A stretch of DNA of 64,000 nucleotides from Chrysomallon squamiferum (Eukaryota > Animalia > Mollusca), in the NCBI GenBank assembly GCA_012295275.1, contig CM022673.1, positions 13,578,001 through 13,642,000 on the forward strand, given 5' to 3'. This document shows positions 55,075-64,000 of this stretch, piece by piece. Position 1 is the first letter of the stretch. Each line of letters begins with the position of its first letter. The notes beneath the pieces are model-generated. The model searched no databases, had not been told where the DNA came from, and saw only the letters and a list, made by a program, of their open reading frames with translations. The translations under genes were made by a program, and so were the position numbers.

Positions 55075-55500
55075 CACTTCGAAGTTCTAGAACTGTGGTT
55101 GTCTCATAGCCCAGTCAGTGGTTGTTTATATGTTGAAGTTCTAGAACTGTGGTTGTCTCATAGCCAAGTCAGTGGTTGTTCATATGTTGAGGTTCTAGAA
55201 TTGTGCTTGTCTCATAGCCAAGTCAGTGGTTGTTCATATGTTGAAGTTCTAGAACTGTGGTTGTCTCATAACCAAGTCAATGCTTGTTTACATGTTGAGT
55301 TTCTAGAATTTGGTTCTCTGATAACTGATGCAATTACTGTTCATATGTTGAGTTTCTAGAATATTATTTTTTGTGTCCTGATAATAAAGGTGATATGTTG
55401 GTTGGATAACCAAGATAATGTTTCTTTCTATGTTGAAATTCTAGAATTTGGTTCTTGACAACTGAGGTAATTTTTGTTTATATATTGGGATTATAGAATA
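55075..55500. repeat. 54-bp minisatellite (GAAGTTCTAGAACTGTGGTTGTCTCATAGCCAAGTCAGTGGTTGTTCATATGTT)
   Basis: Units at 55081, 55135, etc., decaying 3'-ward; explains the 18-aa repeats in ORF 54874-55359. Confidence 0.92.
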
Positions 55501-57892
55501 TGATCATCTGATAACCAAGGTAATTTTTGTTAATACAGTAATTTGAAATACAATAATTTTTATTCTGTGGCTCATTTATTTTATTTTATTTTATATTATT
55601 TTTTTTTTGAAAATTGGGTTGCTGAATTTGACTCAGGTGACTTTTTTTTTTTTCCCTTTACACTGGAATTGTAGACTGTTGGGCCTTACAACTAGGTAAT
55701 TTTATTTTTCTCATTGGGAGTCTAGAATAGAGTGGCCTGATAATGAAAGCTAAAAATGTATTAGTACACTTAAGATATTTATAATCTCTTTGGTCACATC
55801 CAATTGAAAGTAAAGGGGAAAAAAAAAAAAAAAAAAAACAAAAAAAAACCTAAAGAAAACTGAAAAAGGAAAATAGTAAAAAAAAAAAACTAAACTAAAC
55901 TAGTTAGCCAGAAATTAAAAACAAGATTGAAACCATGTTAAAAAGAATTCCCACTTTCAGTGTCTAACTTTACAGTACACTGAACACATTTAAATTTACT
56001 GAAGCACTAAATTTCATTTTCCATTTCCTCTGTGTAAACTTCGACACTTTTATCACTGAAAGCATTTGTCACAATGACATACATTCTTTAAATGGAAGAA
56101 AAAGAATGTAATAAAAAAAAAAAAAAAAAAAAAAAGAGAGACAAAAAAGACCCAATAAATTTGAAAATAATTCTAGTACCCCAATATTTTGTAATTTTAT
56201 ACTGTGTTTATCATAATTTTTTATTTTTACTGTGGTTTTATATATTTGCTTGTCCAAATTGCATTTAAGCTTTTAGCAATGTCATGGCCCTGGTTATTTT
56301 ATTTGTTTTTTTTAAAAGACCTAATTTCATTTTTGTGTTACATCAGAAGTATGGATTTTTTTATTTTTAGTTCTAAGTTAACAGTTATCTTTTAATGTAA
56401 AGAATAAAACTTGCAGTTATTTTAATTTCAGGACTAGAAGTCATAAAATGGACAGTTTTTTTGATCTCTTTCCTTTCTGAGTTTGTTAAAATGATGATTT
56501 GAAAAAAACAACAAAAAAATACTTTAAGAATGGTATATCATTTAGGACTGTATACAAAAACCAAAAAAGCTTACTATAACTCATTCATAAGTTAGTGGCA
56601 AGATTTGGAAAAGCACAAAAAGCCAAAAATATGATAACCTTAACATTTTACGTTTGTTTTTAAAAACATAGCTAAAAATGTGAAGGCCTAAGTTTTTTGT
56701 GTTAACTTTGTGAATCATAGCTGCAGGTAATAAACGTGTCCAGTGAATTATCTTACAGGAGGTAAATGTTTTACAAAGCTGTATAGCTTCTTTGATGTGA
56801 ATGAATGTTCAAGAGGCAGTTATTTAAAAAAAAAAAAAAGAAGTAATTTTGTAAATTTTTTTCACTTTGTAAAATTGTTCGAAATGACTTGAAATGTGAT
56901 TAGTAAAGAAAATGTCTGCTTCAAATTAAAGTTTTAGAAATTCATTACTCACTAAGTTATACAGATCTACTGGTGGATAGCTGTTGGTTAGTTCATGGGT
57001 GGGTGATGGATATTGATTGATGTGGGCTCACTTCAGAAAAATGTAGTTCCTCTTTAGAAAATGTTACCAATAAAGAAACTGCTTTAAAATATTTTCAGTA
57101 GTTATATCAGTATATGAGTATCGATTAAAAAGTGTTGTTTACTGGAAGTTTGAATTTTTGCGCCGACTAGGTATTTGAAATTTTTCATACAGGGAAGCTG
57201 AATGTAGATTTTGTTTTACTACTAGTCTGATAAATTACCTATATTTTTATAATTAAAAACAACAACAACAGTCTTAATAAGAACAAAAAACAAAGTTTTT
57301 AATAATAATAATAGCAGAATCAACAGGAACAGGAACAACAACAGTCAAAGTAGTAGTAATAGTAGTAGTAGCAGTGTAATGTATTTTGTTCTGTAAACAT
57401 TTAAGATTTTGATAGCTTTTTTTTTTTCAAATATTCATGAGCCAGTGTATTTATTTTTCTGTTTCATTGAATGAATAATGAGTAAGATGTAGACATAATA
57501 TTAATTTTATATAAAAAATGTTTTCCGCTTATTTATGAAGGTGGCAGACAGAGCAAGGCCGAAGTATTGTAACATGTTGTAAGTTTATTGCCCGAAGGAA
57601 AACGGAGATTGACATAAAAATAAAAACACTTTTTTCTTATGTAAATTCTCTTTACTTACTAACAACTTCTTTCAGAGAGTTGATGGCTATAGACCATTCC
57701 ACACACCCAAGCCTTTCTTGCACAATATTTCAGAAGAAAACTAAATTTTTAGTACTTTTTTAAAAAAAGCAGTAGCTATGGTTGTATAATGCTATAATTT
57801 TGTTATGTTTTGTGTCATATGCAATTTATGTTGTGTATAATAATACTAATACTACTAATAATAAAATAATGAATTAATGATACATTTTTCAG

Positions 57893-58033
57893 GATTTTTC
57901 CGGCGAAGTGTAACCCGAGGAGCTAACTATAACTGCAAGTATGGAGGAAACTGTGAGATGGACATGTGGATGAGAAGAAAATGTCAGGCCTGTAGACTTC
58001 GCAGATGTAGAGAAGTCGGAATGAAAGAAGAAT
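57893..58033 (+). CDS. EcR: NR1H/EcR-like receptor, second zinc finger exon
   Basis: TTTTTCAG acceptor. Translates (G)[46 protein letters not shown](C). Donor T|GTAAGC at 58034; 141 nt, phases 1/1. Missed by the ORF track. Confidence 0.97.
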
Positions 58034-58263
58034 GTAAGCCATAACTGTTTTATACAACTTGCTGGTGGTTCCATCTGTCTTTTTATTTCCTTGTATAAGA
58101 TGTCTCATTTACAGAAACACACATACACAGGTACAAATATGCAGACATATACATACACAGATGTATTCACACACAGACATACATACACTCAAGCATGCAC
58201 ACACACACACACACACACCGAAAACACACAAGTACTGAAGAGCTGTTGTTGTGTGTATTTCAG

Positions 58264-58600
58264 GTCTGCTCTCAGATGAACAGTGCAAGGCTCGGGATGC
58301 ACGGAGGAAGGCCAAAGCTCGCACCCCGTCCTCCAGCTCCAGCATCAAGTCTAACGGCTCAGCCAGCATCAGCTCCAAGAAGATGGAGCCGAGTCCAGAC
58401 GGGAACAGTCTGTCATCCGATCCAGACATGCAGCTGTTGTGTGATGCCAAGTACGACCGCCGCTCCATGTCGCCCACCTCCATCATCTACGACAACCCCT
58501 GGACAAGCTGTCCGAGTCCCAGCGCAGCCTCATCGAGAAGATCATCAGCCTGCAGGAGAAGTTCGAGTATCCCGACGACAAAGACGTACAGCGTGTCACA
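58264..58600 (+). CDS. EcR: NR1H/EcR-like receptor, T/A-box, hinge and LBD helix 1, with an apparent 1-nt frameshift
   Basis: Acceptor TTTCAG (58262-58263). The first frame gives CLLSDEQCKARDARRKAK...IIYDNP. From 58499 the -1 frame gives LDKLSESQRSLIEKIISLQEKFEYPDDKDVQRVT (EcR helix-1 like) and ends phase 0 at donor GTCAGT (58601), matching the next exon. Confidence 0.93.
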
Positions 58601-59640
58601 GTCAGTCTAGTTTTCGTTGTTTTATTTATAAAGTTACTAGTGCACGTAAAAGTATTTACATTTAACAGTTTAAAAAATAAATCAATGAAATAAGTAATAA
58701 TAAAATAAAATAAGAAGATTATAAGATAAATAATATCTTTTTAAAAAAAAACACCTAAAAAACTGAGTTTTTATGTAAAAGTGTGTATATTATTCTTAAT
58801 TCTTTTTATCATTATCCTTAAAGTTTTTTTTGTTATTTTTTTGTCCCAGACACACACACACACACACACACACGCATACACTAAAATTATGTTACGTTTG
58901 GGAGGAAAAGGAAAAGAAAAAATGACCCGTGTGATAACATTATCTAACAACCTTATCTTTACCAGACTACATCTGTTCTATTTTTATTGTTCCCAGACTA
59001 ATCTGTCTAGTACCGGGGTGCCACGCTTTTTCAGCTTGCCAGCCACTGTTAACATGACCAGGTCAAAATTATCTACCTGTATTGAAAAATGCTAACTGTA
59101 TTTATTTGTATATGTACTGAGTGTACTTTATATGTTGAGGCTCACTGAATACATTTATGATCACTACTTTACTCTGATGATCTGCACTACATGGTTGATT
59201 GTGATTGACATACAGGACACCCCTGGTCTAATTCAATAGAACATCAAGTTTTCTCTAAACAACACAGATCAGTGCTAATTGAATAAAATCCAGAGAAAAC
59301 AACATTGTAGTGTAATTTGATAATACTAGACAAGTGTACAGTATATTATAACCACACAGTAATATAGAAATGTCTGACTACAGCACAATGCATTTTAATA
59401 ACACTAGACAACAGAACAGTATATTTTAAAACACTAGACAACTGAACAGTATATTTTACAAAACAAAATAATACAGATTATATTGGACAACAATAAAGTT
59501 TATTTTAACAAAGCTAAACAACAGTTCACAGTGATACCAATTATAACTAACACTAGACAGTAGTACAGCGTATTTTAACAGTCCTAGACAAAAACACATG
59601 AATGTTTAACCAGACACTAATACAGATGTAATTATTTCAG

Positions 59641-59796
59641 ATTATCAATCCCGAGGACAAGGAAGCATCTCCTCGGAGCTTGCTGTCTGACATGGTACAG
59701 ATGACAGTTCTCATCACTCACCTGATAGTCGAGTTTGCCAAGTGTCTGCCGGGCTTCATGTCCCTCAACAAGGAGGATCAAATCATTCTACTCAAA
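59641..59796 (+). CDS. EcR: NR1H/EcR-like receptor, LBD helices 3-4
   Basis: ATTTCAG acceptor. Translates IINPEDKEASPRSLLSDMVQMTVLITHLIVEFAKCLPGFMSLNKEDQIILLK, the nuclear-receptor signature FAKxLPGFxxLxxEDQIxLLK. Donor GTAATT at 59797; 156 nt, phases 0/0. Missed by the ORF track. Confidence 0.97.
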
Positions 59797-60101
59797 GTAA
59801 TTGATTTTTTTTTCCTTCAGTGAAACTTTAGTCTTTGTTGTCATTTCAGATCGATATTTTCACCTGTGTTCAGGTTGAACAAATGTTTGTTCTGCTTGGG
59901 AAAAAACCCATCTGATGATGTATTTTGAAATCTGTCTAGTAGTAATAGTAGTAGTAGTAGTAGTAGCTTGTGTAAATTTTTGTATTATAGATCTAATGTT
60001 GAAGTAGTAATAAATATGTACTGTTATTTTTAAATCTGAAATCTTTAGACAGTTTATTAACATCATTTGGTTGAATTAAAGTCAGTATTACTTATATGAA
60101 A

Positions 60102-60135
<34 letters not shown>

Positions 60136-60316
60136 CAGTAAATAAACAACTAAATAATAATAACAATAAAAAAAAAAAAAAAAAACATTTAAATAAATAA
60201 ATAAAAAGGCCAAAACAATATGACCAAGCAACTGAGAATCAACCATAAAAGCTATTTTAATTTTAATTTATTGTGAATAATTTCAAACAATTTTTTTTAA
60301 AATTTTTTCAATGCAG

Positions 60317-60539
60317 GCATCGTCAACAGAAGTGATGGCAATACGAGCAGCGCGCTGCTACGACATGGAGAGCCGTGCCATCGTCTTTGCCAATGGCCTG
60401 CCGTGCACACTGGAGAACATGAAGGCAACTGGAATGGGAAAATACGCCGAACTTGTTTACGAATTCTGTCACAACATGGCTAAGATGAAGACAGATAACA
60501 CAGAATATGCTTTGATGATTGCTATATCAATATATTCAG
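60317..60539 (+). CDS. EcR: NR1H/EcR-like receptor, LBD helices 5-8
   Basis: ASSTEVMAIRAARCYD...IVFANG...EFCHNMAKMKTDNTEYALMIAISIYS; acceptor GCAG (60315-60316), donor G|GTGAGC (60540), phase 1. Confidence 0.97.
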
Positions 60540-60774
60540 GTGAGCTTTTTTTTTTTTTCATTTTTTAAATTTATTTTTTTTTTACATGATTAATCTTTTT
60601 TTTTTGTCCAAGTACTTAATGTCATTTCAGTTTATTCAGGTGGTATGAATTCACTTGTCCAGATTGGTGTGTTTGGAAGTAAATGTTTACATTTCAGGGT
60701 GTTTAAATATTATCACAGACATTAACAGATTAGTGGATTTGTTTTCTAAATGTTCAGGTATTATTTCCTATGCA

Positions 60775-61115
60775 GTTAGTATATCAGGATATTCACTGAG
60801 TCATTTAATAAGTTGTTAACGTATCAAGATATTTAGAGTGTAATTTTAAAACATTTACTAACTAGGATATTCAGAGTTGTTTAACATATCAGGTTATTAG
60901 GGAGTTATTTAACAGGATAATCAATGAGTTATTTAACATACAGCATATCCAGCGAGTTATTTTGCATATTCAGGGAGTTATTTTGCATATTCAGGAGTTA
61001 TTTAAAATATCAGGATATTCAGTGGGTTAATTAACATATCAGGATATTCATTGAGTTATTTGACATTGGGAAATATAGAGAGTTTGTTGACATTCATGAT
61101 ATTCAGTGAGCTATT
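60775..61115. repeat. Degenerate ~30-bp minisatellite (ATATCAGGATATTCAGTGAGTTATTTAAC)
   Basis: About 10 decayed tandem copies. Confidence 0.8.
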
Positions 61116-61964
61116 TTACAAGGGTTAGTTGTGCTGAGAATAACATGAATTTCTTTTTTTCTCAATACAGTTGATTAAAAAAAGGTTATTAGCATCAGAT
61201 ATATCATCCATATGTCATGACTTGTAGGTGAACTGTCATAAAACGTGATAATTATTGAATACAAAAAAAATATGAGTCTTGATGAAGTAGTTTGTATTAA
61301 TTAATTGTATGTTATTGTGAAATGTATAAAACTTTTATAAGCTGAATTATGATGCAGTACAGTTTATATAATCTGTGTAACTGTGTCATTGTGGCACGAT
61401 ATCAGAATAATATCAGTTTTTATCAGTTATGTAGTTTGACATCAAACTTCTGTAAGTTCTAAGTTACTGTTATCAAGATTCTGATAAATATTATAATGAA
61501 GGGCAAAAATAACCCCTATTTATCAGGGGCTGTGATTGTTTTGTTTTTTTTAAATACCCTCCAGTCACTGAAACATTTGAAAAACATTAACTAAAATATT
61601 TTAATTTCAGTTAACTTAACATATTAATTAAATTATTTTATATAAAACAAAACTGGAAGGACATTAATTAAAATGTTACATTGATATCAGTTAATTAAAT
61701 AATTTCATTTAACCAAAAATGTGAAATTAATTCATTAAAACGTTATTTTAACATCAGTTCAATTGAAATATGAATTAAATTATTTTATTTAACACAAATT
61801 GACTTGAAGTCAACCATTTCATCTGTAACATCATAGATTAAGCTCTAGCATTAATTAATTTGTTTTTTAATCTATTTTATTATTAATAAACTGAATAAAA
61901 CATATTTTGTAATGTTGTTGAAAAAAAAAAAAAAAAAAATTTATAAATAAATTTCCCGTTCCAG

Positions 61965-62215
61965 AAAGACCGGGCTTAACTGAGCAGAAGAAAGTGGAGA
62001 ACATTCAGGCGACTTACGTTGACTGCCTGCACAAGTATGAAAACGCCAAACGCCTGCGCGGCGGCAGTGCGCTGGCCAAGTTCCTCACCAGACTGTCAGA
62101 CTTGCGATCCATCAGCGCTGAACATTCGAGCCTGCTGGTGGATCTGGAAAAGTACGGGGAGAAGTTCCCATCTCTTATGACAGAGATGTACATAATGCCT
62201 CCAGAGGGGACATAA
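61965..62215 (+). CDS. EcR: NR1H/EcR-like receptor, last coding exon, LBD helices 9-12 (AF-2)
   Basis: Acceptor CCCGTTCCAG (61963-61964). Translates (E)RPGLTEQKKVENIQATYVDCLHKY...LAKFLTRLSDLRSISAEHSSLL...FPSLMTEMYIMPPEGT; tandem stops TAA TAA at 62213-62218. Confidence 0.96.
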
Positions 62216-62539
62216 TAACAGTCGATCCAAGACGTAAATGTTCTGTGTTCTGTTAGTGTTTGATACAAACTGATATTGTGATAGTCTGAAACTAAAACGT
62301 GGAAGCTGATGGGCGCACAAGACTGACGATGTTGCGGTTGTATTATGACCCCTCCCCCAACACTTTCACCTCCCCAGGTGGTCATCCTGATAAAGGGTAT
62401 CATGTTGTTTTTTTGAGGGGAAAGGTATGTTTTAAATTGAAAAACAGAAACATGTTTTGTCACTGTACAATGAGGCAGTGTGATATTTGTAATGCTACAC
62501 TTCTGTCCTCAGTTCTTCGTCAGCTCCTAGACTGTTCTG

Positions 62540-63075
62540 TCAGAGTTTGACAGCTCTGTCACAGGTTGGACAGTTCTGTCAGGTTTTAGACATGTCTGTT
62601 GACATATGGACAGTTCTCTGTCTGAAATATGGACAGTTTTGTCAATTTGTACAATTCTGTCACAGTGTGGTCACTTCTTTTAGTATTTGTATGGTTCTGT
62701 CACACAAAAAAAAAAGTTCTGTCAGAGTTAATACAGTTCTTTTGGAATATGGTAAATAACTGGTGGGGGGATAATAATAAAGAATTCTGTCAAGAGTTTG
62801 TACAATTCTGTCAATGTCTGTAAAGTTCTGATGGAGTTTGTACACATCTGTCAGAATCTGTAAAGTCCTGTCAGATTCTGTAAAGTTCTGTCAAAGACTG
62901 TAAAGTTCTGTCAGAGATTGTACAGTTATGTCAGAGACTGTACAGTTATGTCAGAGACTGTACAGTTATGTCAGTGACTTTAAATGTCTGACAGAGACTT
63001 TAAAGTTCTGTCAGAGACTTTAAAGTTCTGTCAGAGACTTTAAAGTTCTGTCAGAGACTTTAAAGTTCAGTCAGT
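62540..63075. repeat. 20-bp minisatellite (TAAAGTTCTGTCAGAGACTT) in the probable 3'UTR/downstream region
   Basis: Near-perfect copies at 62860-63070, degenerate copies from about 62540. Confidence 0.92.
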
Positions 63076-63553
63076 GCTTGTAAAAAATTTGACAGTTCTG
63101 TCCATTTCCATTGAGTTCTTTTCAGGTGAAGAATGATTTCCTATACAAGAATTTACTTTCTGGATGTGAAAGTAATAACAAAAATGTGCCTTCTGTTGTT
63201 AATGGTGGTGAAACGATTCCTTTATACCTGTAAGAAGACTAAAAACACTAAAACATTTAAGAAATACAGAGTCACTTTGTGGTGAGTGGCCGTCACAAAT
63301 CCCAGTGCAAAACACTGTTATCCAGATTAAAATTCTCTCTCTCTTCAAGTCTGGATCATAAAAAGAACTGTGTGTTTTAAAAACTGAAAAAAGCCAGACA
63401 TTTTAAGGCAGTTTGAAACTGAAGTTTTGACAAATAATATTTGACTTGTTATAGTACATCTGGTTTTGAGAAAGGCAGCTGTCAAATTCTGTAGTGAGTT
63501 TTCTGTGATGAGGAATATATACATCTATCTACATACACACATAAATACACACA

Positions 63554-63602
<49 letters not shown>

Positions 63603-64000
63603 TACTAGCATATTGTACATAATACTGTTACAGCGTGATTCTTCATGTGATTATATATGTGTTATGACTACACGGTTGGAGAGTGCTTTATGTAATATAC
63701 CTTTCAACAGGCAACACATGATTTGTTAACATATTTACCTGCTATGTTTGTTTTGCAATTCAACATGGTTTCATTATTGCTATGAGCAAACATTTTAGTC
63801 TGTTTTCAATATCATAAATGATGTTTTAGTAATTGCCATGACATTAAAATATCTAGATTTTGATTTAGTCATATCTTTGATGGTGGAATTAACCAAAATG
63901 TGTTTTAATATACATCAGGTTACTGTTGTTTGGTTTTTTCATACCCACAGACAGCCACCAGTATTTTAATTACACTTGTTTTTATTTTCAACTTATTGTT

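Noticed and set aside
54874-55359. 161-aa ORF overlapping the first zinc-finger exon
   Set aside because: It is an alternative frame running into a stop-free 54-bp tandem repeat in the intron.
58109-58486. Antisense ORFs over coding exons (also 54752-54961, 57889-58074, 62014-62463)
   Set aside because: Shadow ORFs of GC-rich sense exons with no independent protein features.
58439-58522. Small intron as an explanation for the frameshift
   Set aside because: The GT...AG pairs I tested (donors 58439, 58441, 58451; acceptors 58507, 58516, 58522) have weak donors and lengths that do not restore the frame.

Overview
AT-rich eukaryotic (animal) genomic DNA, full of micro- and minisatellites. The window is essentially one long + strand, intron-rich gene encoding an NR1H nuclear receptor of the ecdysone-receptor (EcR)/LXR/FXR group. 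Its sequence resembles lophotrochozoan, probably molluscan, EcR orthologues; the taxon is my inference. I reconstruct seven coding exons with canonical GT-AG borders and matching phases: 46635-46701, 54784-55047, 57893-58033, 58264-58600, 59641-59796, 60317-60539 and 61965-62215, giving about 479 aa. As written, exon 58264-58600 is one base short: the frame shifts by -1 between 58445 and 58499, most simply in the C-run at 58496-58499, separating the DBD/hinge from the LBD. The ligand pocket is a mosaic. It has an EcR-type scaffold, but the ecdysteroid-contacting Tyr is replaced by Met, helix 11 carries an LXR/FXR-type His, and the helix-12 Trp is replaced by Tyr. About 46 kb of 5' intron holds several candidate alternative first exons/promoters, clusters of nuclear-receptor half-sites, decayed tRNA-derived SINE fragments and a perfect 45-bp palindrome. 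The next intron holds a 15-copy AP-1-site minisatellite and inverted repeats. No prokaryotic-type system (CRISPR, operon) is present, and nearly all short ORFs in the track are microsatellite artefacts.
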